Positions 20,440-32,322 of a stretch of 64,000 nucleotides of DNA are shown here, one piece after another (within the stretch, counting starts at the first letter, position 1; each line of letters begins with the position of its first letter). The translations under genes and the position numbers were made by a program. Location of the stretch: the NCBI GenBank assembly GCA_963828525.1, contig CAWHEP010000011.1, positions 189,133 to 253,132 on the forward strand, written 5' to 3'. The notes under the pieces were generated by a model. It saw only the letters and a program-made list of their open reading frames with translations. It ran no database searches and had not been told where the DNA came from. This DNA is from an uncultured Verrucomicrobiae bacterium (GTDB taxonomy: Bacteria; Verrucomicrobiota; Verrucomicrobiia; Chthoniobacterales; Chthoniobacteraceae).

Positions 20440-21936
20440 TCACGCCGCTTCCGCCACCGGGAGCGCTAGTTGGAGGAGCATCTCGGCCGTTGCTTCCTGC
20501 CTCGGGATTGAAGCCACGATCGCGCGCTGGCGCATGACGATGATCCGGTCGCAGATCCCCATCACCTCGGGCAATTCGCTGGAGACCACTACTACCCCAA
20601 GCCCCTGTTGAGCGAGATCGTAAATGATGGAGTAGATCTCGCTCTTCGCCCCGACATCTATTCCTCTGGTCGGTTCGTCCAGGAGGATTACTTTGATCTT
20701 TTCTCCCAGCCATCGACCAAGGATTACCTTCTGCTGGTTGCCTCCTGAAAGGTTAACAATGAGCTGGTGAATCGAGGGCGTGCGGATCGCGAGTTTTTCA
20801 ACGTAGCGCTCCGCGTTTTCCTGCTCACGCTTATCGGATAGAAATAAGCCAAGCGGGGAGAAGTGCCTCCGCGCCCCGAGATTCATGTTCTCCATCACGG
20901 ATCGCACGGGAACAATGCCTTCCTTCTTGCGGTCTTCCGGGCAGAGAACGATGCCGTTCCGGATGGCGTCTGCTGGCTTTCGCATGCGCGCTGCTTTGCC
21001 TTCGACGGCAATGCTGCCCGACGTCGCGCGTTCCGCTCCGAAAAGGATTTTCAGCAGCTCGCTTCTTCCCGCTCCGACGAGTCCAAAGAACCCCAGAATT
21101 TCTCCCCGCGCCACCGTGAAGCTGATTGGCGCGCGGAGACCGGGGCCGAGGAGTTGTCGGGTCTCCAAAACGGGGGCGCCATGGGGTCGCGGGGTATAGT
21201 GAAAGATATCGCGGATGGAGCGTCCCACCATCTTTGTGATGAGCATGTCCGCTGTTACCCCCGCCAGCGAGTCGAACGTCTCGACCTGCTTGCCATCGCG
21301 CAGGATCGTCGCCGAATCGCAGAGCTCGAATATTTCTTCCATTCGGTGGGAGACGTATAGGATGGCGCGGCCTTGATCCCGGAGTTGTCTGATGATGGCA
21401 AACAGGCGATCAACCTCCCGGCTGGTGAGGCTGCTGGTGGGCTCGTCGAAAGCGATCACTTTCGCGTCGCGAGTGAGCGCCTTTGCAATTTCGACCATCT
21501 GGCGTTGCGCGATGGAAAGAGTGCCCACTTTAATCTGGGGATCGATGTCCTCGCCAAGCATCTCCAACCGCGCCCGGGCGGAAAGAACCAGCGCTTTCCG
21601 ATCCACCCATCCGAGGTGGTTGGGCAGGTGGCCGATGTATAAATTCTCCGCGACGGATAACTCCGGGGCCAGGTGCAGTTCCTGGTAGATGATGGCGACG
21701 CCGGCGGAAATTGCCTGCGCGGTCGAGGAAAAATCCTGAGCCGCGCCCCCGAGAGACACCTTCCCCGCGTCGGGGGAACAGGCGCCGCCAAGGATTTTCA
21801 GCAGGGTGCTTTTTCCGGCTCCGTTTTCGCCGAGCAAAGCGTGGACGCTGCCCTCCGAAACTCCGAAGGTGATGCCATCAAGCACCCGGACGCCGGGGAA
21901 GCTCTTCTCGACAGAGTCAAAATGGAGGTATGCCAT
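20440..21936 (-). CDS. araG: L-arabinose ABC transporter ATP-binding protein
   Basis: Double ATPase domains GENGAGKST / LSGGNQQK; AIIYQELHL. Confidence 0.85.
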   Translation of the reverse strand: MAYLHFDSVEKSFPGVRVLDGITFGVSEGSVHALLGENGAGKSTLLKILGGACSPDAGKVSLGGAAQDFSSTAQAISAGVAIIYQELHLAPELSVAENLYIGHLPNHLGWVDRKALVLSARARLEMLGEDIDPQIKVGTLSIAQRQMVEIAKALTRDAKVIAFDEPTSSLTSREVDRLFAIIRQLRDQGRAILYVSHRMEEIFELCDSATILRDGKQVETFDSLAGVTADMLITKMVGRSIRDIFHYTPRPHGAPVLETRQLLGPGLRAPISFTVARGEILGFFGLVGAGRSELLKILFGAERATSGSIAVEGKAARMRKPADAIRNGIVLCPEDRKKEGIVPVRSVMENMNLGARRHFSPLGLFLSDKREQENAERYVEKLAIRTPSIHQLIVNLSGGNQQKVILGRWLGEKIKVILLDEPTRGIDVGAKSEIYSIIYDLAQQGLGVVVVSSELPEVMGICDRIIVMRQRAIVASIPRQEATAEMLLQLALPVAEAA

Positions 21937-21985
21937 CTACGCTGCTATAAAATCCTTCGCGCCAGGCGCGGGGCATCTCAATATT

Positions 21986-22998
21986 TTAGAGCAGCCCCTG
22001 TTCTTTCATCACGCTCTGCCAATTGTCGCGATTGATCAGCGTGGCCTTTTAATGAACGTCGCCTTGGGCGGCTCAATTCCATCCTTTATCCAGTGATACA
22101 AAGACATTGTTGTATCATGACCATGCTTGTTCGGGCTTAGCAGCAACGAGCCAAAGAAACCTGTTTGGGCGGGCTTCTGAAATTCGCTCTGGCAATCCGT
22201 TCCGTTGATGCCGACCCCAATGACGTCCGCCGGCGCAATACCCCGCCCCTCGGTGGCTCGGACAGCACCCAGCACGGCAGAGTCATTCATGCCTACGATG
22301 AGCCAATGCTTGACCTCCGGGATGCTGGGTGAGGCAGATATTCGCGGCATCGAAACTGCCGGGAAGATCCGTGCTCTTGTTGGGAGCGTTGTAGATTTGT
22401 CGCTGGGAAAGCCGCCGGCGATCAAAGCTTCCTTCGCTCCATCGGTGCGCCGCTTTCGCGGTGTCGAGCTCCTCAAAGCTGGAGAGACAGGCGGCTGTTT
22501 CCTCCGGTTTCCAGCCCCTTTTTCGCATCTCCGCGATCTTCGATCTCGCCAGCTTGATGCCCGATGTCGCCAGGGGACATTCCGAGATGATGCACATCGC
22601 TCATCACGGACGCCGTCAGCGCCAAGAAATTGATCGTCCACCGTGACAATCTTCATGTTGTATTGACCCGCTTTGGCAACAATCGCCGGCCCCAGCCGCA
22701 CGTCCGGCGTGCAAATCACGAAACCCTGCGCGCCTTGGGCTGCCAGGTTATCGATGGCGGAAAGAACCTTCTCGCCGTCGGTAGCGCCAATTTTCACCAG
22801 ATCGAAGCCCGTCTCGTCCGCTGCCTTCTGAGCGAACTTCCATTCGGTCTGGAACCATGGTTCGTCCGGCTGTTTGATGAGATAGCCAATCTTGATTTTG
22901 GCGGGAGCCGGGTTCCCGTTCGTGGACGTGTCGGGTTTACCGCAAGCGCTTAGGAATAAGGCCGCTGCCAGCAGTGCATAGTGAGAGATTTTGCTCAT
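21986..22998 (-). CDS. araF: L-arabinose-binding lipoprotein, several indels
   Basis: KQPDEPWFQTEWKFA, ICTPDVRLGPAI, GMNDSAVLG; lipobox LSAC; true C-terminus ...KEQGLL* in another frame. Confidence 0.85.
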
Positions 22999-23049
22999 GA
23001 GGGTTCCGCCACATTGCCGGGTTCATTCGGCCTTGGCAAGGCGGGACAC

Positions 23050-23592
23050 TCAGAACCCGCCGAGGCGATCCAGGATGGCGCTTCTGACAAGGGGCAACCT
23101 CCCATACGCTCGCCCCAAGGAGGAGGAGGCGGAGCAGCGGTCCTCATCCTGGATACCCAGCGCGCGGACGAGTTCGCCTTCGAAATGAAGGACGGCAATC
23201 CGGTTGGCTGCTTTTACGTTTAGAAATCGGACCGCGCGCAGCATCAGCGAGTATAATTCGGCGATGGGATGATCCGGCTCGGTGACGAGTTCGATCAACT
23301 CCACAAAATAACAGGCTGTTTCGAGGTTCCGCAGTGTGAGACGCAAAGCTTCGTGGGAGTTGCGCGAAGCTACCTCCCGGAGCGTGTGAAGTTCACCGTG
23401 CTTGCTGCGGGCGTACTGGATCTCGGCTTCAAAGAACAAGTCCAGTTTGCCAGCAAACGCGCTCTTGGGTCGACGCGCCCCTTTCGCGACCGTCTTGATC
23501 CTGCCATGCGACTCAGTCAGCCATGTGATGATGAGGCTGGTATCAGACAGCTTCGTCTTGCGCAGGAGCAGGGCGTTGGTGGTTTCCAGCAT
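23050..23592 (-). CDS. recO: DNA repair protein RecO
   Basis: TSLIITWLT..HGRIKTVAKGARRPKSAFAGKLDLF. Confidence 0.9.
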   Translation of the reverse strand: MLETTNALLLRKTKLSDTSLIITWLTESHGRIKTVAKGARRPKSAFAGKLDLFFEAEIQYARSKHGELHTLREVASRNSHEALRLTLRNLETACYFVELIELVTEPDHPIAELYSLMLRAVRFLNVKAANRIAVLHFEGELVRALGIQDEDRCSASSSLGRAYGRLPLVRSAILDRLGGF

Positions 23593-23715
23593 CAAAGGCA
23601 TTGAGGATGGGAGAAGTGAGTCACGTGGCGCGGCATCTGACGCATAGTTGTGACACGCGGCGCTTTATCATCTACTCTACAAAAGGCGCGCGCGGCGCCC
23701 AAATCAAAAAGCGTC

Positions 23716-25110
23716 ATGCCCACTCTATCTGAACCTGTCGAAAGCCACACCGTGGCGATTGTCGGGCGTCCCAACGTCGGAAAATCGGCTCTGTTCAACC
23801 GGCTTGCGCGGCGGAGAATCTCAATTGTCCATGATCAGCCCGGGGTGACTCACGATCGTATTTCAGCGCCCTGCCGCTATCGAGACAGTAAATTCATGCT
23901 GCTCGATACCGGGGGGATAGGCAGCGTTGTGGACGCAAGTTTCTTCGAGCAAGTTCGCGTGGAAGCCGACATAGCCATCGAAACGGCGTCCGTGATCCTG
24001 CTGGTCGTGGATGGGCAGGCGGGTTTAAACCCGGTTGACGAGGACCTCGCGCAAGTGTTGCGGAAAACCAGGAAGCCCGTGCTGCTGGTGGTGAATAAGA
24101 TCGATCATGAAAAACATGTCGATTATGAGGGCGAATTCTCCCGCCTCGGCATGGGCGCCGCGATATCGATCAGCGCGGAACATGATCGGGGAGTTGGGGA
24201 ACTCGTCGAGCGGATAGAAGCGCTGCTCCCAAAGCAGCCGATAGCCGAAGACGCGCTTGCCGCGGAGCCGTCGCAGACAGACAGCGGTCGCGGCGCGGAA
24301 GAAAGCCGTGTGAAGATAGCCATCATCGGTCGCCCCAACGTTGGGAAATCTTCCTTGGTGAACGCCATCCTTGAGGATAAGAGGACGATGGTCAGCTCCA
24401 TCTCGGGAACGACCCGGGATGCTGTGGACATTCCCTATCAACGACTGGACGAGAGTTTTACCCTTATCGATACGGCTGGCATTCGGCCAAAGGGGAAGAG
24501 GGACAATTCCGTGGAAATCTTCAGCGTCATGCGGGCCGAGGCGAGTATCGCGCGGGCGGATCTTTGCGTGCTGGTCATTGACGTCACCGCAGGCGTCACC
24601 GCTCAGGACAAGAAGATTGCCGGCCTGGTGCAGGAAGAGAAAAAACCCTGCCTCGTTGTCATCAATAAAAGCGATCTTCTCGATCCGGAACGGGAGATGC
24701 CGGAGGTTCTAAAGGAGATTCGACAGGAGCTTTTCTTCGTGGATTACGCTCCCATGCTGACGCTTTCGGCGAAAACCGGGAAGGATGTGCATCGGCTGTT
24801 CCGGGCGATTCGCAACGTGAAAGAGAACGCAAAACAAAAACTCGGCACCGGGGTGCTGAATCGCCTCCTCCAAACCGCGCTCACGACGACACCGCCGCCG
24901 CTGCGCAAGGGGAAGAGGTTCCGGCTGCTCTACGCGACGCAAATTGAGAAAGATTCCTCGTCAGGCCTTCTTCCGCCGACATTCCTCCTCTTTGTGAATG
25001 ACGCCGAGTTGCTTTCACCTACCTATCGGAGATACATCGAGACGCAAATACGGGCCGCCGCTCCGTTCGAAGGACTGCCTTTGCTATTTCGCTTCCGCGG
25101 CAGGAAGTAA
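23716..25110 (+). CDS. der: Ribosome biogenesis GTPase Der
   Basis: Two GRPNVGKS GTPase domains, KH-like C-terminus. Confidence 0.96.
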   Translation: MPTLSEPVESHTVAIVGRPNVGKSALFNRLARRRISIVHDQPGVTHDRISAPCRYRDSKFMLLDTGGIGSVVDASFFEQVRVEADIAIETASVILLVVDGQAGLNPVDEDLAQVLRKTRKPVLLVVNKIDHEKHVDYEGEFSRLGMGAAISISAEHDRGVGELVERIEALLPKQPIAEDALAAEPSQTDSGRGAEESRVKIAIIGRPNVGKSSLVNAILEDKRTMVSSISGTTRDAVDIPYQRLDESFTLIDTAGIRPKGKRDNSVEIFSVMRAEASIARADLCVLVIDVTAGVTAQDKKIAGLVQEEKKPCLVVINKSDLLDPEREMPEVLKEIRQELFFVDYAPMLTLSAKTGKDVHRLFRAIRNVKENAKQKLGTGVLNRLLQTALTTTPPPLRKGKRFRLLYATQIEKDSSSGLLPPTFLLFVNDAELLSPTYRRYIETQIRAAAPFEGLPLLFRFRGRK

Positions 25111-25130
25111 AACGGGCGCCGAGTCGCCAG

Positions 25131-25577
25131 CTATTTGCCTTTTGGCCAGTTTAACACGTCAAGCTCTGGTTCCACCGCGATTTTATCGGGCCAGGTGAAT
25201 TGACAGCTCTGGCAGAAATATTGCCGTTCGATAAGGCCCATGGACGCAAACAGCGCGAGAACAACGGAGAAACCCGTTCGCCGCGAGAACTGAGGGTATT
25301 CTATCCGTGAAGAACCGCATTCTGGACAGCGGACGGCCTCTTTCATGATGCCATCAGCGGCGTCCCACTCCTGAAGGTGGCCCTGAGCTTGTTCGATCTC
25401 CTCTTTTTTTACGCGCAGCCGGATGTGCGCCTTGGGTTCCGAAGTTGCAAGCCATGTCTTCTGAAGGCTGGACTCATCGAAAATCTGTGACGAAATGCCC
25501 GCGCCTGTCAGGCGCTCCTTAAGAGTTTCCGCTTGGGCGCGCTTGTTGAACGTGGCGAGGGTCATCAATTGTTCCAT
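25131..25577 (-). CDS. DUF2007-like protein with zinc ribbon
   Basis: LATF...AETLKERL..AGI; CPECGS...TM...CQSC. Confidence 0.7.
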   Translation of the reverse strand: MEQLMTLATFNKRAQAETLKERLTGAGISSQIFDESSLQKTWLATSEPKAHIRLRVKKEEIEQAQGHLQEWDAADGIMKEAVRCPECGSSRIEYPQFSRRTGFSVVLALFASMGLIERQYFCQSCQFTWPDKIAVEPELDVLNWPKGK

Positions 25578-25581
25578 AGAT

Positions 25582-28162
25582 TCAGTGTTTGTTGCTAAAA
25601 ACGATCTTCCCTCCCACCACATCGGCCACGATGTGGTCTCCTTCCGCGACTCTTCCATCGAGGATCTCCATACTTAGGGGATCCAGTATTTCACGTTGCA
25701 CTACCCGCTTGAGAGGGCGAGCGCCATACTGAGGATCGTACCCTGCAGTGGCAATGTGGAGTTTGGCTGCATCCGAGAGTGTTAAGTCCAATTTCTGCGA
25801 CTCCAGCCGTTTCGTCACTCTTCCAACTTGTATGTCGACAATCCGCTCCAGGTCTTCAGGCGTCAAGCGATCAAAGATGACAATCTCGTCAACGCGATTG
25901 AGGAATTCTGGGCGGAAGTGCGCTTGTAAAGCCTCCATGACACGGCGGTTTCTTTCCGTCACGGAGAGTTCCTCCATAATGATGGGGCTGCCGAGATTGC
26001 TCGTCATGATAATGACGGTATTTTTGAAATCCACCGCGCGGCCTTGACCATCCGTGATCCTGCCATCATCCAGCACCTGCAGAAGGATGTTGAAAACGTC
26101 CGGATGCGCCTTCTCGATCTCATCGAACAAGACAACCGCGTAGGGCTTTCGCCGCACCGCCTCGCTGAGCTGGCCACCCTCTTCATATCCCACATACCCC
26201 GGAGGGGCGCCGACGAGCCGCGACACGGAGTGCTTCTCCATGTACTCACTCATATCGATCCGGATCATCGCTCCTTCGTCATCGAAAAGAAATTCCGCGA
26301 GAGCGCGGCTAAGCTCAGTCTTTCCCACCCCGGTTGGCCCCAGGAAAATAAATGAGCCAATCGGTCGATCCTCATCTTGCAGGCCGGCGCGCGCGCGGCG
26401 CACCGCGTTTGCCACAGCGCTGATGGCCTCCTTCTGCCCGATGACGCGCTCACTCAGCCGCGCTTCCATCTTCACAAGCTTCTCGCGCTCTCCCTCCCGA
26501 AGCCGCGCCACAGGGATTCCCGTCCATGTGGCAACGACAGCCGCGATGTCCTCTTCGGTAACCTCCTCCTTGAGCATCTGCTGTGAGCCTTGGATTTCGG
26601 CTAGCTTCGCGCTGTGCTTCTCGATCTGACCCAAAACCTCGGGAATGCGCCCATACTGAAGTTCGCTCGCCTTGGCGAGCTCTCCGCGTCGTTGAGCCTG
26701 CTCCAGTTCGAGCCGGGCGGTCTCCAGTTGCGACTGAAGCTTGCGCGCGATATCGATTTGCGCCTTCTCACTCTGCCACTGCGCCATGAGTTGATCCTGC
26801 TTCTCGCGGGAATCCGCCAGTTCCCTTTCTAACTTCGCGAGACGCTCCTTGCTCGCGGCATCCTTCTCTTTCTTCAGCGCCTGGCGTTCCATCTCGGCCT
26901 GCATGATCTGCCGCTTTATCTGATCGATTTCTGTCGGAGTGGAATCCGTCTCGATCTTCAACCTGGAAGCCGCTTCATCGACAAGGTCGACCGCTTTGTC
27001 CGGGAGGAATCGATCCGAGATGTAGCGATGTGACAGCACGGCTGCGGCGACGAGAGCGGCATCCTGGATCCGCACGCCGTGATGAACCTCATACTTCTCC
27101 TTTAGCCCTCGGAGGATCGCGATTGTGTCCTCAACGCTCGGTTCATCCACCTTCACCGGCTGGAATCGGCGTTCGAGAGCGGCGTCTTTCTCGATGTGCC
27201 TTGCGGTACTCATCCAGCGTCGTCGCGCCAATGGTCCTCAACTCTCCGCGCGCCAGTTGTGGCTTTAGCAGATTTGAAGCGTCCACCGCGCCCTCTGCCG
27301 CGCCCGCTCCGACGATGGTGTGCAGTTCATCGATGAACAGAATGATCTCTCCTTGCGAGTCAGTTACCTCTTTCAGAAAAGCTTTCAGCCTGTCTTCGAA
27401 TTCTCCACGGAATTTCGCTCCTGCGATCATCGAGCCGAGGTCCATGGCGATCACCCGTTTCCTCTTTAACGACTCGGGAACATCGTCCTCAATGATTCTC
27501 CGCGCGAGACCCTCCACAATTGCGGTCTTGCCCGTGCCGGGCTCGCCAATCAGCACAGGATTGTTTTTCGTTCGCCGGGAGAGAACCTGCATCACACGCC
27601 GGATCTCCTCATCGCGACCGATGACCGGATCGATCTTGCCGCGCCTGGCGGCCTCGGTGAGATCACGGCCATATTTTTCAAGAGTCTGATACTTGCCCTC
27701 CGGATTTTGATCGGTTACGCGTTGCGAACCGCGAATCTGCACCAGGGCTTGCATCAGCTTGTCTCGCGTTGCTCCCTCTTCCTTAAGGAGGCGCGTGGAC
27801 GGGCAGTCAGCGTCTAGGAGCGCGAGGAGGTAATGCTCCGCGCTTACAAACTCGTCCTTCAGGCGAGTCATCTCCTTCTCGGCGCCGTCCAGCACCCGTC
27901 GAAGCTCGCCGCCCATGAAGACCTCGGAGCTGGATCCCGAGACGCGGGGTTTGCGCTCCAAATCCTGTTCGATCCGGGCTTTCAGCCCATCAACGACCAG
28001 GCCGATCTTCCCGAGCAGAGGCCTTGTGACTCCATCGGCTTGAGCGAGAAGCGCGAGCAGAAAATGCTCGTTGGTGATCTCTTGGTGCGAAAAGCGGGCG
28101 GCTTCGCTCTGAGCCTCCTGCAGTGCTTCCTGCATTTTCGCAGTGAATTTATCCAGGCGCAT
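25582..28162 (-). CDS. clpB: Chaperone ClpB, frameshift near 27200
   Basis: Two AAA+ domains ([16 protein letters not shown]), M domain, [11 protein letters not shown]. Confidence 0.95.
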
Positions 28163-28310
28163 ATGACACAGATCCTATATCTGAAATCCAATCGTTTGAA
28201 CAACGGATTTAGCCGTCAGCAGTGTGGCGAGACTGGTTAAGGGAAAAAAAGTGATGACGTGCCTGCGAGCGAGAGACCTACGAGGCCGGGGAGAGTAGTC
28301 CTACAAAATA

Positions 28311-28348
28311 AGAAAACCCGTTTTGCCCTGAGGCGAAACGGGTTTTCT
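28311..28348. terminator. Rho-independent terminator downstream of HU
   Basis: AGAAAACCCGTTTTGCC / GGCGAAACGGGTTTTCT inverted repeat. Confidence 0.85.
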
Positions 28349-28369
28349 CGGTTGCGGAGGGGAAATCTG

Positions 28370-28645
28370 CTAAAGCTTGACCTTGAGGTTCTTCGCAACG
28401 GAGAACTTCACGGTTTTCGACTTCTTGATCTTTATCTTCTCCCGAGTCTGGGGGTTCATCCCCATCCGGGCCGCGCGCTCTGAGACTCTGAAGGTGCCGA
28501 ACCCAATGAGCTGCACCACTTTCTCCTTGCGAAGTCCAACCTTGATTGCTTCCACAACGGCGTTCAGAGCGCGCTCGGATTCGGCGCGGCTTGTGGAATT
28601 GCCAAGAGTCTTGTGGACTGCCTGGACGAGTTGAGCCTTGTTCAT
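28370..28645 (-). CDS. hup: HU family DNA-binding protein
   Basis: MNKAQLV...IGFGTF...RMGMNPQT. Confidence 0.95.
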   Translation of the reverse strand: MNKAQLVQAVHKTLGNSTSRAESERALNAVVEAIKVGLRKEKVVQLIGFGTFRVSERAARMGMNPQTREKIKIKKSKTVKFSVAKNLKVKL

Positions 28646-28785
28646 TCGGTAAACGCGCCGCGCCTGGTCGAAGGACGAATCACTTGCGGAACGGGCATCT
28701 TTATGCGGCAGATAATATTTACTGTCAACGATTTTTGAGAAAAAATTTTCGTAAATGTTACAAATCAATAACATCACCTCCCGAT

Positions 28786-29320
28786 ATGGAACTCGAACAG
28801 CGCCTTTCCACCTTTCTCGACAAGAAGCCTTCCATTCATGGAACAGCCTATATCGCCCCAGGCGCTGTCATCGTCGGCGACGTCACCTTGGAGGAGGAAT
28901 CCAGCGTCTGGTTCAATGCCGTTGTTCGCGGGGACATCAACCAGATACGCATCGGCCCGCGCTCAAATGTCCAGGATGGTTCTGTCATCCATCTCGCGGA
29001 CGATTACCCCGCGATCCTCGGCGAATATGTCACCTGCGGGCATAACTGCATTCTCCATGCCTGCGAGATTGGAGACGAAGTGCTCATTGGTATGGGAGCG
29101 ACAATCCTTGATGGAGCTATCATTGGGGCGCGATCCATTGTCGGAGCGAACGCGCTCGTCACAATGGGAACAAAGATTCCCGCGGGCTCGCTGGTGATCG
29201 GCTCGCCGGCGAAAGTAGCGCGAATGCTGGACGAAAAAGAGCAGCAATCCGTAAAGGCCTGGGCTGAAAAAGTACGTCGCTCTCGCCCGCAGGTACAAGG
29301 AAAGAAGCGGAACCGGCTAA
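28786..29320 (+). CDS. Gamma carbonic anhydrase family protein, indel near 29270
   Basis: VWFNAVVRGDIN, NVQDGSVIH, hexapeptide repeats. Confidence 0.9.
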
Positions 29321-29358
29321 CGCCTGACAAGCGCCGAGGTCCGCGCCTCCCGGTCCGA

Positions 29359-31281
29359 TCAGGTCTTCGCGCCGTTTATGTGGAGGTAGGTGTAATCCTT
29401 TAGCCCGCGTTCGTAGCTTGCGAGCAACTTCATCGCCTCGTTGGGCTTGAGCCTGTCCGACTTGATCGCGGCATCCACCTGAGCCTTCACCAGCCGGACG
29501 AGTTCATTTCGATCCCACTGGGTCATTGCGAGAACCTCGGAGATGGCGCTGCCCTCAATGGTCTCCTCGATGTAGTACCCGGACTCCTCATCCTCATCCA
29601 GAAAGACATGCGCCTCATTTACCCTCCCGAAAAGGTTATGAAGATCGCCCATGATATCCTGGTAGGCGCCCATCAAAAAGAACCCGATGTAGTAGGGCTC
29701 GCCGGAACGCAGGCGATGGAGCCGGAGCGTCTCCTTTACGTCGTTCAGATCGATGAATTTGCTTACTTTTCCATCCGAGTCACAGGTGATATCGACCAAC
29801 GTCGCGTTTCTCTCCGGCACGGTGTCAAGCCGATGGATGGGCATTACCGGGAAGAGCTGCCCAAGAGCCCAGTGATCGAGGAGAGACTGGAAGACCGAAA
29901 AGTTGCAGACGTACTGGTCCCCGAGCGCGATCTCCAAGTCTTTGACCTCATCCGGAACGTAGCGCATCCCGGCGCAGAAGCCGACAATGCGCTGAGCGAT
30001 GCGCCAGTAGTTGGACTCGATCTTCGCTTTGCTTTCCAGATCGAGGAGCCCGAGATCGAACATCGACTGGGATTGCTCCTTTATCTGCTGCGCGTCATGT
30101 AGGCTCTCCATCCTGTTGTGCTTTGAAAGGCCACGCTCAATCTCCAGCATGTCTTTCACCATCTTCGAATCCGTGTCGCGGGGACCGAGTTCCAAGGGAC
30201 CTGAATCTTTCTCAATAGAGCCAAAAGCTTCCACCACCAAAACGGAATGGTGCGCGACTATCGCGCGTCCGCTTTCGCTGACGATGGTTGGGTGCGGCAC
30301 CTTCTCGGAGTCGCAAACATCCAGCACGTTATAGACGATGTCCCGGGCGTACTCCTGGAGCGAGTAATTGGCCGAACTGTCGAACGTCGTCCGGGAACCA
30401 TCGTAATCCACGCCAAGGCCTCCCCCGACATCCAGATAGCCAAGGGCGTGGCCCATCTTTGCCAATTTGGCGTAGAAGCGAGCGCCCTCCCTGACTGCCC
30501 GTTTGATGGTGCCGATGTCGGGCACTTGTGAGCCCACATGGAAGTGAACCAACTGCAGGCAATGCGCGAGATTCTCTTTTTTCAGCAGCAGGCTTGCGCA
30601 CACCATGTCTGCTGTGGAAAGCCCGAATTTTGCATTTTCACCGCCGCTGGTTGCCCATTTCCCCGCTCCTTTGGCCTGCAGCCGAACGCGCAGTCCTATC
30701 AGCGGTTCGACACCGACTTCCTTCGAAACCTGCAGGATCTGCTGCAATTCTTCCAATTTCTCGACGACGAGGATGACTTTCTTGCCGAGCTTCATTCCCA
30801 GAAGCGCGTTCTGGATAAAGAGGTCGTCCTTGTAGCCGTTGCAAATGATGAGGCTCTCCGGATCCTTATGAACCGCCAGAGCGGCGAGAAGCTCCGGCTT
30901 GCTGCCAGCTTCGAGGCCGAAATGGAATGGCGCTCCCGCGTCCATGATTTCCTCCACTACCTCCCGCAATTGGTTCACCTTGATCGGGAAAACGCCCCGG
31001 TAAACATTTTGGTAACCCGCTTCTTGAATGGCGGCGTTGAAAGCGCTGTTAATCGTCTCGACGCGGTGGCGCAGCAAATCCTGGAAGCGTATCACCAACG
31101 GAAAATTCAAACCCTGCTGCCGCGCTTCCTCGGCCACCTCCATGATGTCAATTGGCGTGGATTGTTTCTGCGTCGGCAGGACTTCCACGTTGCCCTTGTG
31201 GTTCACGGAGAAGTATCCCGTGCCCCATCGGTCCACATTGTAGAGCGAGATCGCCGATTGAATGTCCCACTCCTGTGTCAT
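29359..31281 (-). CDS. speA: Biosynthetic arginine decarboxylase
   Basis: FPIKVNQ, HFHVGSQ, DITCDSDG, GAYQDIMGDLHNLFG. Confidence 0.96.
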   Translation of the reverse strand: MTQEWDIQSAISLYNVDRWGTGYFSVNHKGNVEVLPTQKQSTPIDIMEVAEEARQQGLNFPLVIRFQDLLRHRVETINSAFNAAIQEAGYQNVYRGVFPIKVNQLREVVEEIMDAGAPFHFGLEAGSKPELLAALAVHKDPESLIICNGYKDDLFIQNALLGMKLGKKVILVVEKLEELQQILQVSKEVGVEPLIGLRVRLQAKGAGKWATSGGENAKFGLSTADMVCASLLLKKENLAHCLQLVHFHVGSQVPDIGTIKRAVREGARFYAKLAKMGHALGYLDVGGGLGVDYDGSRTTFDSSANYSLQEYARDIVYNVLDVCDSEKVPHPTIVSESGRAIVAHHSVLVVEAFGSIEKDSGPLELGPRDTDSKMVKDMLEIERGLSKHNRMESLHDAQQIKEQSQSMFDLGLLDLESKAKIESNYWRIAQRIVGFCAGMRYVPDEVKDLEIALGDQYVCNFSVFQSLLDHWALGQLFPVMPIHRLDTVPERNATLVDITCDSDGKVSKFIDLNDVKETLRLHRLRSGEPYYIGFFLMGAYQDIMGDLHNLFGRVNEAHVFLDEDEESGYYIEETIEGSAISEVLAMTQWDRNELVRLVKAQVDAAIKSDRLKPNEAMKLLASYERGLKDYTYLHINGAKT

Positions 31282-31452
31282 GTGAGGGGCATAGTATTTC
31301 ACTCGTTCGGGATTTCAATGGCTCCCATGAGTTTTGTCGTAAAAAATTTTGGAAGCGCTGAAGGCCGGCTCTGGCGTTGCTAAAAGCCGTGAACGAGTCA
31401 TTGTGAACGCCTCATGTTGGGATCCACTTGCGAGTTGGCAGATCGTTAAGCC

Positions 31453-32307
31453 GTGCCCTTGAAGACCGTTCTGGAAATAATCCAGGCAACGACAGCCTAC
31501 CTCGCCAAGCATGGAGTGGAGAACGCGCGGCTAAATAGTGAACATCTGCTGGGCCACGTGCTGGGGCAAAAGAGGATCGAACTCTATATGGCCGCGGACA
31601 GGCCTGTCGCGGACAGCGAATTGGCGCCACTGCGCGAGCTGGTGCGCAAGAGGGCGCAGCGGGAGCCACTGCAACACTTGCTCGGAACGGTGGAGTTCTA
31701 CGGGCGATCCTTCTCTGTGGATCGCAGGGCGCTGATCCCGCGACCGGAAACAGAGCGGCTTGTCGAACTGATCCTAAAGGAGGGCGCGCCCCCCGGCGCG
31801 CGCGTTTTGGATGTGGGCACAGGATCGGGAGTCATCGCCCTTACGCTGGCGGAAGAGTGCGCGGAAGCCGTCGTGACGGCCGTGGACATTTCGGAAGAGG
31901 CTCTGAGCCTCGCGCGCCATAACGCGGAGACCCTCGGCCTGGCCGAACGGGTCACCTTCCTGAATGGTGATCTTCTCAACGGTATGGCGGGATATTACGA
32001 TCTGATCGTTGCCAACCTTCCTTACATCCCTTCAGAAGTGTTGCCTACCCTCTCGCCAGAGGTCCGGCATGACCCGGCGCTCGCGCTTGATGGGGGCATT
32101 GAGGGGCTGGAGATAATCCTCAGGCTACTCGCTTCCGCGCGACAATGTTTGGAGGCAAATGGCCTCATCGCTCTCGAGATCGGGGACGGGCAGTCCGCGC
32201 GGCTCTTGCAAGAGATGGAGGCGCTCGGTTTTCGCGATGCCCGCAGCGAGGCTGATTACCACGGCGTCCAGAGATTTCTCTTTGCGCGCCTTGGAGAACG
32301 GAACTAG
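31453..32307 (+). CDS. prmC: Release factor glutamine methyltransferase
   Basis: ALIPRPETE, DVGTGSG, NLPY. Confidence 0.95.
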   Translation: MPLKTVLEIIQATTAYLAKHGVENARLNSEHLLGHVLGQKRIELYMAADRPVADSELAPLRELVRKRAQREPLQHLLGTVEFYGRSFSVDRRALIPRPETERLVELILKEGAPPGARVLDVGTGSGVIALTLAEECAEAVVTAVDISEEALSLARHNAETLGLAERVTFLNGDLLNGMAGYYDLIVANLPYIPSEVLPTLSPEVRHDPALALDGGIEGLEIILRLLASARQCLEANGLIALEIGDGQSARLLQEMEALGFRDARSEADYHGVQRFLFARLGERN

Positions 32308-32322
32308 AAGTCCGGGGTTCCA

